Assembly (NCBI GenBank): GCA_046563655.1
Contig: CM102289.1
Span: 4,712,001-4,776,000 of the forward strand
Source: Yuukianura sp. NJ FZ-2021
Lineage: Eukaryota
Direction: 5' to 3'
DNA: 64,000 nucleotides
Part shown: positions 26,962 through 41,580 of the stretch, one piece after another
Position numbering within the stretch: position 1 is the stretch's first letter
Layout of the letters: each line of letters starts with the position of its first letter
Notes under the pieces: generated by a model
Told to the model about the DNA's origin: nothing
Database searches by the model: none
What the model saw: only the letters and a program-made list of their open reading frames with translations
Program-made: the position numbers and the translations under genes

Positions 26962-29699
26962 AATGATAACTGATTTACTATCAAAATTTAATAACATACA
27001 AGTTAAAAGTTACAACTACAGTCATGTTGTTACATTTACATTCATACCACCACTTTGCAAGTCTTTAATGAAAATGTGTTTTAGTTTTGTTTTTAAAGTT
27101 TCTTACTATAAGATTTACGAAAAATTTTCCGCTTTTTACGTTCTGTGTAATCAGTGTAGTAGGGGAACAAGATGAGTACATTTATAATAATCAGATTTAA
27201 AACAAATACTTAAGGTTATCCGAACTTATTGGTTGATATTATTATTGGCTGATTACAATAAGTAGAGAAGTGTGATGCAAAACGCTACGTGTCTTAATTA
27301 GTTAAAGCGTAAGCTGTAATGCAAATTTCACGCTTGCGATTTCTCGTACCGGCGTACCGATATTCTTCTCATCAAAAGAATCGAAAATTGGAATCTGCAA
27401 CGTCAAGAAATCGCAGATAAGAGCAAAGCAAACATTTCTTAACAAATAGGAGTTACTATAGCATAACCTGCTTAAAAACAATAAAAAAATTTTTGCTAAC
27501 GCTAAATGTGAAACTAGTCATATTGATTTATCATTGTTAAATGCATTCTAAATATTTGCTTTATACAATTGTAAATTAAGTTACAGAATTTTCGAAAATT
27601 GGCGCAACTACAAGAAATTTGTTTGTCGTTTCAAGTAACGGTTGGATTCGTGCCACCTTATTAATTCAAAACATTAACGTAATAAAAAAAAACTAATCTA
27701 TTATACTACTAATGAGCACTGGTAATTCCGCGAATGCATAGCAACCGATCGTTTGTTGATTTGGAATTCGGTGCCCGCATAGTTACGAGAGAATTTGTTT
27801 ACACTGAAAATTTTTGACACAAAAACTCTTTCTTTGGCAAAAATATTGAGCCGTTCACAAGATTGTGTGGTTGGTTCAAAAGTTGCATCTATCTGTAAAC
27901 ACGAATACAAATTGACTTACTCGTGTCAGCCTGCGACACCAAACTAAACAAACCGGAATAAACATTTTTCATCGGAATTTACTTTACTCCTTTTTCCGTT
28001 GTGTTAAAATATTTAAGTTAGTACCAGGTTTTACGAAGGTAAAATATAATGCTGAGTAAAGGTGGAGTGAAAATTGCAAATGCATTATTCTCAATAATCT
28101 AGGTAGCTTAAGCTACCTAGACCATTGAGATCTCTTTTCACAAAAACCCAAATAAATTAAATATTTTCTTCGTCGTACGAACACCTTTCCGTTTCCTTCT
28201 CTAATTTCCATCTGAATTGATTTCAAACGGAAGGAAACTCTGATTCTTCTCTCTGGGACGCATTTCACCTCCTTTCTTCCGCTGACTTGAAGAAGGGAGA
28301 AAAGAACATGTTGAATGGGTCCTTGGAAACAACGTTCAATGAATCTGACTGACATCCGAAAGAAACCTGAGAATAGGATCCAGGGACAAACCAACCTAAG
28401 GGAACCTAAGGGTCCCTTTGTCAATGAAATTTGGAATCTCAAGGTGTGGCACCAAGTCCACATTCCCAGGGACCCTTAGCTCGTGTCTTTGAGCCCTTTA
28501 AAAAGGAAATCCAGATCATTCAGTCCAACGGTTTCTTTTTGTTCAACGCTTTTCAAGATTTTCAGGAGCAGATGACGATGATGCACGCTGCTAATTTCAA
28601 CGGAACATTTTCCGACTTTGTCCACTTTCAACCTTCAACAAATTTTCGCGCTTGATGAATATTTCTACAGCATTATTGTTTAAATTTTTTGGAATTTAGA
28701 ATTGTTTGAAATAAATTTTTAAACAAACAAGGCAAAGGGAGTTGATGGTCCTTACAGTCGAAGAATTCTTGTGCTGGCCAGTGCCAAGGAATGTTTTGCT
28801 GTAGGGTGTCTCATGTAATTCAAGAAACATAAAAAATACCACCAGGATTGAATCTCATGGAGATCTCTAGAGGGAAAGGACGCTGCATCCAAGGGCCCAG
28901 TACCCTTCAGGGTCCCGGAGTGGAAGGAGGCTGCGTGTGTGTCTTCTTTTAACAACTAAAGATCATGTCAAAAACAAGTGACCATTATACTATTTCGTTT
29001 CCATTTTACGTTTTACTAAAATCCAGACAAAAACGTTCCACATTCTTAGTGTAAAAACGAAAACTAAGCGGTAAGTTTCTCCAATCTCGTATTGTAAACT
29101 CAATTTTGATTTTTTTTTAAAGCGATGGGTTACATTAAGAGTTTAACGTTCTGATGTTTGGCCATTAACGGTGAATTTTTATCTTAGCAAAAAATATCGG
29201 CCGAAAAGGAAAATCCCAGAAACAATTTTTTCTGTATTGTCACACAAAACACAACTTCTAAAACCGGGCGAAGTTGGGAAATATGTTTCCCAATTTCTCA
29301 GCAAAAAGTTATACTTTTTTGCTTGGGAACAAAATGATAAGAACTTTATAGTTGCGTGCTCGGAGAATGCTATTGAAATTTAAATTGGTTTTGGAGGAAG
29401 ATGTGGATGAAGATGCGTTTCTTTTGTTTTTTGTGTTGGGTGGGGCGGGGTGCCTCTTTATTTATAGCTTCGCCTAAGAATAAGGCGGTGCTCCTTTGAA
29501 GTTCCTTCTAATGGACCAGAACAAAAGACGCTTGAAATGCCCTCGAGTCCAGCACATTCCAAAATGATCAAAATTAAGGGCCCTCTGGAGCGGGCCTTGA
29601 AGGGCCGCCGCCTTGAAATATGGACAATTTCTCATTTGGAATTCAAAAATGAACCGGTTAATCTTTTTCTAAAATGGTTATTATTACATACTTGCAGAG

Positions 29700-32600
29700 A
29701 TGCTCAAGTGGGCAGTGGCACCTGAAGAGCGCAGGCGCCGTGACCCAACATTCACGAAACGAAGGAAACTGAGTTCCATAAATGGACAACTACAGCATGA
29801 CAGGGCGCCATTGCAACAACATGTTTCCGATCCCAATACTCCAGTTACTCCAGGATTTCCCACGGTACGCCTAGAAAATGCTTTAGAAAGTGAAAGTGAC
29901 AGCAAGTCCTTGTTCTACATGAGTCTCGACCACCTTCCTCTGGCTATTGTCAAGCAGTATGAAAGAATGATCCAAGAATCCGAACAAGCTCATTGCACCG
30001 AACTGGAGAATGCGCACAATGTGGCTCCTAAGTCAAGTGAACTTGATATTTCCATAGAAAGTACTAAAATGGTTGACAGCGGGAAGAACCATAACTTAAT
30101 CAGTGGTATCAAAGAAGCAATCCACCGTCCACTCAAAGTAATAAACCAACAGGCAAGGCGCATGCACATTTTAGAGTCGACGCAACGCTACTCAGACGTA
30201 GACTCGGATTCAAGCTCCAGCAGCTCAGAGTCTGCGCAGATACGATCTCAATGGAAACCCACCCAGGAGCAGCTCGGCGGGAATTCTGCCCTTTTGAAAA
30301 AACGAATTTCGAAAAGAACCCCTGCGTCTCCCATGTTCCAAAGGGGAGCTCCTCTGAAAGAAAAGATGAGATCCAACAGAGGCAGAAATGACATTCAATT
30401 ACTCAAATCAAGCCATCAAGGTAATTTATTCTTTATTTGTCATTTTTGTTGACTTAATTGAACGTGGGTCAAATTCATGTAGAACGTTTCGTTTATGAGG
30501 TTGTAACCATGACTTTTTTTTTATTTTTAAAGAAAAATTCACAACTCATGACACGACTGACCCCGACTTCCTAGGTGAATCCACCCCTTGTCCGACTAAA
30601 TCCGTTAAAAGGCTAAGTTTGAAAAGACATGAACTTCGGAAACTTGAAAAGTTGCGTCTGGAGAGTGAAAAGTTGAACCGATTTCTGCGGAAGTATTACA
30701 ACGATTGTCTACCGAAGCTATCCGAAGAAGAGGTCGAGTGTAGTCCAGAAGAAAAGAGTGTGTCCATGTTTCTGGGTCAGTTGGCCAAATCCATTGTACT
30801 TTGGGACAAGGGCATTGACCTTTCGGATTCAACGAGTACTCCGTCTGAAGTCGGAGTTCCGCTGACCCTAGCTGATATCACAGAAGAAGATTCAGATCTT
30901 TCGTGGGGAGAAGGCGGTGGGAAAATTGGCGGCAAACCAAATTCAATTCAAATTCCACATGAAAAGACTCTGTCTTCGATGGCTTCTCCCGCGGTTTTCA
31001 GTGACTGGAATGAAAATCAACGGAAGATTTCTTTTGCTGATCAGCCCTTGGATGATCATAGCTCATCTCTCTCCGCTTCCACGACCGAGGTCATGGGAGG
31101 TCAAAAGGTCAGCAACAAAAAGACACCGAGGAAAGCAGCGGCAAGAAGAGTCGTGGTGAAACGACGAACACCCAAGTCCAGTTCTTCTAAAAGTGAGCAA
31201 CTTTTTCATCTTTTGTAAAATCAGAAGTGTGAAATGGTCCACTGATCTCTGAGCTTTTTTTCTGATCTTTGTTAGGCTGCGGAGGGGAAGTGGAGGTGCG
31301 AACTGTGCGAAATGGGAACTGCGTCACACTTCATGGTAAGACAAACAATTAGTCCTTCCAAGGCAAGCTCCGCTGATTCACAAATCATGCCCAACAATTT
31401 GCCACTGGGTTTAAGAAGGCTTTAATTGTTAAACACTTTAGTTTCAGAAGCCAGGAATCTTCACCACTCACAATCAGCAACCACTCCTTCCAAGTCCAAC
31501 CAATCCTGGTTTCTCTCACTCAAGGTCACCAAAGTTAAAAACGAAGTCTCTAGCGATTTTTTTAAACATTAGATTGTGAAAATGTTTTGTGGTTTGTGAA
31601 ACAGATTTCATTGCTTGGAAACTCAGAAGAGATTGTAGGAAAAGTACAAACTTCCTGCTGGGTGAAGGTCACCAAAGGTCAAAGGCGTGTGGCGATTGAC
31701 GAAGACTTTCCATTTGAAGTGACTCAAAGTGAAGGGAAAGTGAAAGTATTCATCAGCTTTTGGCGGAGGTGGGCGTCGAAGTAAGTTCGATTATTGGAAA
31801 TCAGTTTAATCACAATGCCACTTTTAAGCATATTCGACTTTTGGGACGGATATGGCTCATTTATGTGACATGTCCCGACTACCCGTTGTTATTTTAAAAA
31901 AATCCATTTCAATAGTAAAGTGTACAGACATAACCTTCCTCAAAAGTATACTACTTTTACTTTTCCATTTCACAACATTTCGATTTCTGGCGACATCTGA
32001 AAATTTTCTTTCTGTTTCATTTCTAAAGCAGGTCTCGAAAAAGTACTTTATTGGGGTGGACTAGAACTCAACTGGAACAAAACGTAAGATTTTTTACATT
32101 TTGTGGCCTTGACCTCAAAAATTTGTGTCCGTCATAAACCGTGTTGCAAATCAAACTCTTGATTATTTTTTAGTTTGTTGTTTTTTAATTCCGATTTTTT
32201 TTATTGCCGATTTCTCTAGCAATCGGATACTTGGCTTCCACTTAGGAGAGATAAGATGCAAAAAACCTCACAAGCTTCAAAATTTCAAGAGAAAAAACGT
32301 CCTGGAATTTCCCGGAATTTGTTCAACGAAACCCAAGCTTCCATGGGAGCTCCGCGGTGTTCCTTGGCAACAATGGACTCGGGAGTAGAAGACTGCGGTT
32401 CAGACCAAGCCAATGGCAGCAGCGCATCTCATGGTTCAACCCAATCGCAGTTCCTCGTCACTCTCCGGAAAGAAATCGGAGAAACCGGATTCGGATTTTC
32501 AGTTATTTGGTCTTCTCCTCCTCGGTAATGATTTTTATTCATGGATTTTTTAGAAGAAGATTTTAACACGCTAGTTCTTTTTTTTTTTTTATAGAATTGG

Positions 32601-33024
32601 GCGTGTCACTGAGGGAATGGCTGCTGAGAGAGCTGGACTAAGAAAAGGTGACCTAATTGCCAGGGTCAATGATGAAGAAATTGGGTACCTCGATCGCGAG
32701 TTGATCATGGAGAAGATGAAGGCTTTTGACCATTTCTTAGAACTGGATGTGCTGCGTGACGTTGATGAGGTTGATTTCGATTCAGGACACCATTGCTGCT
32801 GCTGTTCAGCGCATGTGCACCATGAAAATACCTCATTCCATGGCGCAGCTCCAAACCAAAGGCCTAAAATGTCTTTGCAGCTTAACTTCCTCCCACCGCC
32901 GCCTTCACTGCTCAAGCGTCCTCCACCTCCGCTGCCCTACGAAAGTAGCAGAAACAGCAGAGGAGAAACGACGTTCTGGAAAATTGAATTCAAACCTGAC
33001 GTTGGCCAAGGAACACTGGTGTAG
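29700..33024 (+). CDS. Multi-exon protein with a disordered N-terminus, a divergent C2-like domain and a PDZ domain
   Basis: Phase-compatible exons give VTLHVSEARNLHH...IDEDFPFEV...KVFISFW...LLGW...TWLPL (C2-like), then GFGFSVIWSSPPRIGRVTEGMAAERAGLRKGDLIARVN (PDZ). Confidence 0.7.
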
Positions 33025-33291
33025 AGCACGTGATTTCCAAAGATTAGTAATTAACTAAAGTTAGACATAGACTTACACTAATTAATTCACTGTTAGCTAT
33101 TTCATAGAATACACAACTGAAACCGAGCCTACCTCACTGTATCAAATTGCACATTTAGTAATAAACTATTTTTTCTAACTCAAACAATTCCCTCCATTAA
33201 TATAAGAATCGTGACAGGTATCAGACAACATTCTACAATTTTTCTATGATCAACTGCGATTAACACTTAAAATGTAAAATAAAGCTGCTGT

Positions 33292-35207
33292 CTAATACTT
33301 TGGCGCTTCATACTGAATGATTACGACAGAGAACGTGAGGATCAATGCACAGACCTAAATTAAACATACAAAATTCTGTTTTTTTTTCTTTCCAAATTGA
33401 AATTACTATCAATATCAATACAAGCTTAAGTATAACGATTGTTCTTACAGTTCCCAGAAACGACGAGTCGAGGCTCATGAACCCCAATGGTTTGATGGCC
33501 AAGTTGTCTGTGGATACTTCGTACAATAGCATCATTAGATCACTCTCTTGAAATAGCACAAAATTTTTCCGAACAATGATCCAGTTGTGAAAAATTGTTT
33601 GGACCTAGAGAGATTTGTGTAAAGGTTAAGTTAATTAGTTAATGTAGAATATAAACTTAATTAACGTAAATTTGTTATTATTGTAAGATTTTTTTTGTTT
33701 CACCCACTTTGGCTTTGAACCATGCGGCGCATATCAAGAATAGTAATGGGATCATCACAAAGCTGACGGTGGCGAATTCTGCCAAGGCGCTGATAGGCTG
33801 AATGACTTCAGGAATGCATTTCATCAGAGCCGGAATACTGCCAAATATGAAGCCACATACTATCATACCAGTGGAGTTGTTCATGAGGTCAACCAGCTTC
33901 CGAAACTTTCTTAGTTCTTGTACTCCCTTGTTAAATTGAATTAAATAAATTGAGTTAAATAAGTTTTAAAGTATTTGTAAGGTGATACAGCCTATAAAAA
34001 CAAATGGTTATGAACTTGCTTCATATGCAGTCATAGTTTTTGCCTTGGCTTCCAAATGTACTGCGGAGCGATGTATTTGGACCATCAGGACGAGCATGAA
34101 CGTTTCACCAGCAGATCTCAATGCCGTTAGAACGAGTTGCGAATGAATTCCAAAGACAAATCCAAGATGGCGCCCATACTCTTTCCATGCATCAGCATCT
34201 AATGCATCCAGAAAAAGTAAGGGGCGACCCCATGCTGCCATTTCATCATAGTATGACTCCAATTTCCAAGAAGATTTTTGTACCAAACGGAGAACTTCTA
34301 TACCAACACGAAGAGCCATCATTGTTGAAATTACAATGAAAACGTTACGTTTTCCCTAGAAAATACAAATATTCACAAGATTATAATCAGAAAATGTAAA
34401 AATATAATTGACCAATGGTAAACCGGTCGTATACAAAATTAGGAAAGATAGGGCTCCATTAGCGGAGTAGGTTGACGTGTGGAAGCGGGGATCTTGGAAA
34501 TATTGAGTCGCTTTCGACAAATGCTGCCGACTGCAGAAGGGGTCAGGTAAACAATGCCAAAGCACAAAGTAATTTTTTGGTGCATATATTACATAATGCG
34601 ATGTACAATAGTTTGTGTGTACGATATAGGACATAGTAATGTATAAAATTTAGTTAACAAAACCTTATGTTTTGTTACATTTTTGGTTGGGGCAGTTCCA
34701 AGCGACGCTTTAACCGACTCTACTTCACAATAGTTGACAAGATCCACAAAATGGTTTCCATTCCGCCAGAAAGAAACGAATATGCAAATAAGTTCAAAAG
34801 CGAATCCAACAACGTCTGCTTTGAAAAAATAATTCATCTGCGGACTAATATTTGGCAGCTTTTGCTTCGAATTTATGTATCGGGCCCAGCCGTTGATACT
34901 GATGCATACTATGACAATGATATAAACATTCACAACCTATGAAAAAAAAAAGCCTTTCATTAATAAACATAAAACTTTTTGAGCCAATTTTAGTCGTTTT
35001 TTAAATGATTTGGTCTATTTTAAAGTCTAACTGTCCATAGAATAGGAAAAACGTCTTTGGCTGCCTTTTTACCTTTTGAATACGGCGAGATGTAACTTCC
35101 CAAGCCTTTGTGTTTGGGTTAAACGTGAGTGTTGATGGACAAATGCCAAAGCGATTCCAGAATTCGAAGTATGTCACAAAGCAGTCTGACATGCTTGCGT
35201 TTAACAT
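33292..35207 (-). CDS. Gustatory receptor-like 7TM chemoreceptor (multi-exon)
   Basis: Hydrophobic exons; C-terminal AIKPLGFMSLDSSFLGT, an intron, then VCALILTFSVVIIQY, matching the GR TYxxxxxQF-type TM7 motif. Confidence 0.8.
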
Positions 35208-36016
35208 TTTGAAAATTTACTGTCGACAGTTCTGCAGGAACAGCTTTAAATATCGAAGACTAATAATTAGTTTTACTTTTAAAGCAACTCCCAGGTTTAT
35301 AACACCAGTATACCTGGTAAACTAACTTGCAAAGTTACCAGAAATGGTTCAGAGACTTATGCGAGCAAAAATTTCGCATCAACTAATCCTTTTGTGTATT
35401 TTTTTTAATTTGCAAAATGAATTTAGTCTTCTGCTGGATCATAAGAATGTTTATTTTAATTTCTTTTCTCAACCATAAGAAAACAGTTTTCAACCAACTG
35501 TTGCATGAAAAATCATGCAAGCTTGAAAGTGTACACAAATTCAAATTTTATTGGAATTGGACAAACATCGCAACATAATGGAAAGGTTTAATATCAGAAT
35601 TCAATTTTTTTCTTTTAAAAAAAATACAACTGCTCTTGAAAAAAAGTTCTTCGAATATTGTGAATTATATGTCAACTTGGCCTGCAATTTTGCCATTGGA
35701 TTTGGGGGTTCATGAGCTCGTCAATATGAATATTAATACGAATACAAATAGAATGATAGAAACGATCAGTGAAAACTAAAAAAAGTTTTTGATGCTATAT
35801 AGTTACTTATGCCCGTTATGCCCTTCCGCAGCAGAACAAAATATTTAATCGACAAACGGATTGCATGGTTTCTGGATACCCAGGAACTTACGTTCACACC
35901 TACAAATTGTTCCTAAATAGTTGTAACTATTGCTCATATGTTTGCCCTAAGAAAGTATCCTCTGCCAGTTAAAAAACATAGCATAAACAAAGGTTATATA
36001 GAATGCTACTATTCCC

Positions 36017-38077
36017 TTAACCTCGTGATTTGAATTGAGAAGGTCGGCGTAATGCGTAGAGGTCATGTTTCGGTGGGGTCAAAATGAACCCTGACCTGGG
36101 ACCAATGTCAGGTTTCGGTTGATTCGGGTCGAGAGTAAATGAAAACTGTTGAAGAATTCCGACGAAGAACAGGAAGTATTCTTGGAGAGCCAAATTTTGA
36201 GCTGGACAAGTTCTTCTGCCAACGAAAAACGGAATGAGACGCTCGTCCCTGCGAAACTTTCCGAATGAATCGATAAATCGTTCGGGTCGAAAGGTGTGCG
36301 GGTCTCCCCAGTACTGTGGATCATGATGGATATGGTATAGGTTATTAAGGAAAAACGTTCCTTTTGGGAATGAGTAACCGCCAAATTCAAAATCTTCGAT
36401 TGGAGCATGGAAAAGTCCGAACGGAGTAATGGTTGACTTGCGCATCACTTCGGCCATGGTAGCCTCCACATACGGCAGCCTACAACACAAACAACAAATA
36501 TCATCCACAGTAATCTAACTTTGCAAGGTCAAGGTTGATTGAGCTTATTACTCTAACATTTACGGTCAATCAAAACACCTTGCTCAAGGTCATCCTTGAT
36601 ACTAATTAATATAAATATGAAAAAGAAATTCGTTGACCTCTGTCGATCCTCTGCACAGGGCATGTGATTTTCTAAAACAGTGTCAATTTCACAGTGAATT
36701 TTCTTTTGGACTTCAGGCCACATCGCTAGGAAAAGAAACGTCCAACCCAATGTTGAGCTCAACGTGTCTGATCCGGCAAAGAACATGTCCAGGACAGTGT
36801 AGTGAACGTTTTTCACTGAAAAAAATTCCAATGCGTCAAAATTTGACTTCAGTTGTTTACGACGCATACCCAGGAAGGCATAATCTATCAAGCTTACGTC
36901 CTCTTTGTTGAAAAAACTGAGACTGTGGGTTTGTTGTGGAGTAGACTTTGCCGAGACCACAATCAACAAAGTCTCTATGATTAGTTGGATCGTAAGTGGC
37001 GATGTGCTTGTCCATAATTTCTCGCACAAGATCTTCTGGAGCTTCAAAGTATTCCATTCCTTGTGCATAACCTGAAAAACCAGGCAGTAGTTTTGCCAAC
37101 CAGGGGAGGAAAGACGCAATTCCAACAAGATTTTGCGACGCCAAACCTCTGTTTACGGAAAAAATCAAAACAAAACTCTTGTTTAAAAAAATATTACGAA
37201 GTTCAAAAGAGTTTTCTACGGACTCTGAAAGGATGTTAGCAACTTTTCGTTTGAGCGGGTCCTCAATGTTGTACTTCTCTCCAGTGAATATTTCCCAGAG
37301 GGCGTTGATCACTGCGATTTCGAGGACCGGCTTTAAATCAACAGGTTTTCCCACGTTCTTCCTGTTGTACAAAAAGCGAAAACTTAGAAGCGTACATGAC
37401 TGAAGAACATTTCAGTTATTATTTTAAATTGTTACCCAATGAATTGCGTGCACTGAGTCACTTGTTCAAGGATGGATGCCTCCATGCTCTTTGTACCGAA
37501 ACCAAACTCCCTCAGACATCGCATCATGAACCGTCGTACTTCTGACCAGTCATTGCCCTCCAGTAAACCGATTCCTAAAAAAAATGGTCAAATAGGCAAA
37601 TAGTGGTTCTATTTGAAGGACGTACCGTAGTATCCCCTCTGTTGAAAAACTTCCAATTGGGCTCGTCCTGTCATCACGTCCAATTTGTAAAGTTCCTTTA
37701 TGGTTTCAAAGTCATTCACAAAAACAACACTGCAAAGCGACGAAAAACAGAATGAATTTTTCAGATTACATATAAATATGAAATGAAGCTTACGGATATT
37801 TCCCTAGCTGAAGTGTAAAAATATTTCCAAACTTTGGAATCAGGCTGGTAACTGTAAGACAAGGAACTTTTCCTAGGAACGGTAAGTATCCAAATATTGG
37901 CAATCCAATTGGCCCTGAAATCAACACAAAACAGAAAATTAGAAAGTGACGCTTTTATTTTTAATTTATATGAGCAGTACCTGGCGGAAGATTTTTGTTG
38001 TTTCGTTTTTGACACCTTTGGAAAAAGCATCTTACTAAAGTTAGTGTTACTAAGAACAAAACCAGTTCGACGTACAT
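36017..38077 (-). CDS. Cytochrome P450, CYP2-clan-like, copy A (apparently intact)
   Basis: Anchor MYVELVLFLV, LPPGPIGLPIFG, I-helix DMFFAGSDT, EVMR (ExxR), FRPERF, heme motif PFFVGRRTCPA. Confidence 0.92.
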
Positions 38078-38377
38078 ATTGACACTGCGAAACTAAATAG
38101 TTGGAAGTTTGCCAAATCTTTATCCAAAGTTGTCTTTTCAAGTTCGTATTTAATTCTGCTGGAAAAAATATACTTTCAATTTCCTTTTATGCTCGTCATT
38201 CTGCACTTGCAAATGCAGCAGTAATTACTGAAATCAGATAAGTTCTTATTCCATAGTAGAGCGGATACGCTTGACGAAGACGATAATCACTTTTCACAAC
38301 ATGCACTTATGATCTCCCGTCCATAATTTGAATACGTCAGTCTTCATGGATCGACAAGTTCTGCCAACTCTTGAAAA

Positions 38378-39932
38378 CTAGGGAACGAAGCTGCGGTAAA
38401 GAACCATTTTCTCATCAACTTCGATTGGCATGTCGGTATCACCAGCAGGCACAAACATCACAGAGCCTCTGCTTAAGGCAACGTTATTCGCCCCAAAACG
38501 TCCTTTCCCCTCCAGCACAAGGCAGACGGAGCAACTTCGAGAAGTTGGCAAATGGAAAGATTCACTTTTCTGAAAAACAGAAACAATTCAATCTTAATCA
38601 TGGCCACTTAAACTTTAATCAAAGCGTACTTAAATAGAAAGCTTACTTCAAACAACTCCACTGCAAATTCATCAACTGGAGGTTCATAAAGAAATCTCCC
38701 TGGTTCAATTTGTTTAGCCTTCATGGTCCATTCCTTTCCAGTATCAAATGTCAACATGGTCGTCAGCACATCTACGTCCTTGAACTTTGGAGTTAGCCCT
38801 GCTCTGACGACGTTATCCGAATTGGCCATACATTCCATGCAGTCTGCAAATGAAAAAAAAGAATTCGGATTTAATCAAAAATGAAAAACCGAGTGAAGTT
38901 TTTGCAATGAATTCTTACCACCATCCAAGTAAGCATGAGGTTCATTTGCAGGAAGAAAAATCGCTTCCCCTGGACGAAGCAGAATGTGCTGAAGGAAGAA
39001 GACACCGAAGACTCCTACATCGCCGGGAAACTGTTGATGGAGACGGGAGATAAGTTCGTGTTCTGGTACAGAGTCGCCACGAGCTACTAAGGTTGTAACT
39101 TTGGCAGCAATTTCATCAGCATCTGTCTTCATCAATCGTGTGAATACCTCCTGCAGATCCTTCTTCGATTCCAGTGCAGCACCCGCCACTAAGGCTCCCA
39201 GTTCCGGAACATCTAAAGATGAATAAAGGTAACATTAACATTACAAATTGAAACTCCTGAATTCCTGACCTCATTAAATGATTGATTTTACCACGGATTA
39301 GTTGCTTGATTTCCTCCAAAGTACGAAATCCACAAAGTACTTCGAACGGTGAAACTGCAATGGCCATTTCAGGTTTATGATTGTCATCTGGATAGTTGGC
39401 AGGGTCTAAATAAAAACAGATAGCTTTAATAAATTACACACTAAATATAAATAAGTATCATGACGAGTTATAATTTGTAACAGATTTGTAGTGCGAAGCA
39501 AACACAACAGATCGAGTCAGTTCGAGTAAGGTTTGCAACAAAGCCTTTCTCAAATCTCAAGTGTGCTGAAAAATTTCCTCATAATAGACATGGCCTACCT
39601 CGTTCATGTAAAATCCGAGCAAGACTTTTGTCTGGATGGGCCTGGATGCTCAGTGCCTTTTGAACACTGAGTACTTTGAACAGAAACGGTAAGCTTGGTC
39701 CGAACTTGGACAAAGTTTGACTTCCTAAAACATCGGGATTGGCGCTTATGTAATCGTTGAGAGGTTGTCCATTTGGTAAGTAGCAAGGACCAGACGGATG
39801 AGCACCCATCCATAGTTCTGCATACGGTGTACTGTTACATGTCGGTTCTATTTTCGAAGTCAGTTGAGCAACTAGTGAATCCAAGCCCACTCTACCCCAT
39901 GGATAATTCTTGATTGATGGTCTAAGCAACAT
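38378..39932 (-). CDS. MPI: Mannose-6-phosphate isomerase (type I PMI), copy A (apparently intact)
   Basis: [88 protein letters not shown]. Confidence 0.95.
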
Positions 39933-40344
39933 CTTGTCTCCTTTACGAATTCGTTTAATTAATTATTGATTTAGGTTTGGTTAGGTTACTGTTCCTATGC
40001 AACTAATTTTCCATGTGTCTGTGTCAGTGTCACTGTCACTGATATCGTTTGTTTTGTCCCGGTATGGATGGGATGGACTATTCCTCCGATTCCTACGTAA
40101 AGTTTTGTAAGCAAGACAATTCCGAGGATTATTCACCTTTCTACAACGCAATTTATACCTAGGTACTACACGGCGGTCGTAATCCCCGGACATGTTTGAC
40201 GTTTTCGCTCAGGATTGTCCCGTATCGGACACTTTTCGACATTGTTTTTATGAAATGTCTGAATTCTGAAATATCAGACGAAAACACACAACGCGGTTTG
40301 CACATGAGCCACTGAGCCAGGCGCAGTATTTACTAACGCCAGTG

Positions 40345-40662
40345 CCCCAAAGTGTGTTCTAGCCCCAAAATAGCCCCAAAGTGTGTTCTAGCCCCAAAAT
40401 AGCCCCAAAGTGTGTTCTAGCCCCAAAATAGCCCCAAAGTGTGTTCTAGCCCCAAAGTGTGTTCTAGCCCCAAAATAGCCCCAAAGTTTGTGTCATCCCC
40501 AAAATGTGATCTAGCCCCAAAATAGCCCCAAAGTTGGTGCCAGCCCCAAAATAGCCCCAAAGTTGGTGACAGCCCCAAAATAGCCCCAAACTTGGTGCCA
40601 GCCCCAAAATAGCCCCAAACTTGGTGCCAGCCCCAAAATAGCCCCAAAATGTGTTTTGGCCC
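40345..40662. repeat. 29-bp minisatellite (AGCCCCAAAATAGCCCCAAAGTGTGTTCT and variants)
   Basis: About 11 tandem units beginning exactly where homology between the duplicated blocks ends. Confidence 0.95.
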
Positions 40663-40859
40663 CTAAGTAGCACAAAACTAACTGACATCACTAAAACAGC
40701 CTTAAGCCGAATTTAAGTTCAACACTTTTTATTCTTGAGCACTACTCAAAACCAAAATTCAACTTAAGAGCTGAAATATTTCCAGCTAAAACTGACGTTG
40801 TTGTTTAAAGATTTTGAGTGTAACGTAGACCTTGTAAAAAGTGTTCACCTACACGTACC

Positions 40860-41130
40860 ACCCCTGGGTCTTATGTTTTAGTGCAAATATTCCTCAAAAC
40901 GTAACGTACGGACGTGTATACTAAGTATAAACAGTCCTCTCAGTACACTGTAGCCATTGTATGAGTCTCCAGCATACAACAAGGTAGGGCGACGCTCACG
41001 GGTTGAACATTGGTCTTCTGGAGGCAGTTCGCAAATGAAACAACTTAGACCCGCCGGACACAATACTGTGGAACAAAGAGATGAGATACCGTTTAAATTC
41101 GTTTCAAGCTGCGCAACTTCGCTCAAAATT
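40860..41130. mobile_element. Fragments of the Helentron/DINE-like family seen at 55364-56195, head-to-tail
   Basis: ACAAGGTAGGGC...GGGTTGA.CAT.GGTCTTCTGGAGG near 40979 matches 55366; GG.CTTATGTTT.AGTG..AA...ACGGACG near 40867 matches ~56078. Confidence 0.6.
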
Positions 41131-41580
41131 TAAAGAATTTCTTGAGAAAGCAAATTTGAACCATGCCATACACTGTTTACATGTTTACATGTTTAAGTCC
41201 AACAACAAACCGAATGGCCAATTTTCCTAAAAAGTTAACCAAAACTACCAGTTTCATTTTTTATTATCCTAACTGTTATTTACCTTGTATTATAAACTTC
41301 GATTTATCCTTACTGTCTTACTTCGACGCGAGAGAGAAATGAGGTGATACCTTCCTTCCACGCTTTTCCTAGACACCATTTTTATTTCCCCACATGCTTT
41401 GCTACTTACACGAGACAGTGTGAAGTACAACTTGCATGTTTTCTCAAATTAGATATGCACCGCCAGCTGATTTCCGTTACATAATTAACCACGGAAAGAC
41501 TTCCTATTCTTCTACTGCGAAAGCACGTAAAACACTGAGCTAAGTCGATTTTTTTCACTCACTACATGCCGCACTAGGCA

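Noticed and set aside
28113..28955. Short ORFs upstream of the C2-PDZ gene
   Set aside because: No recognisable motifs and no consistent exon chain; may be UTR or regulatory DNA.
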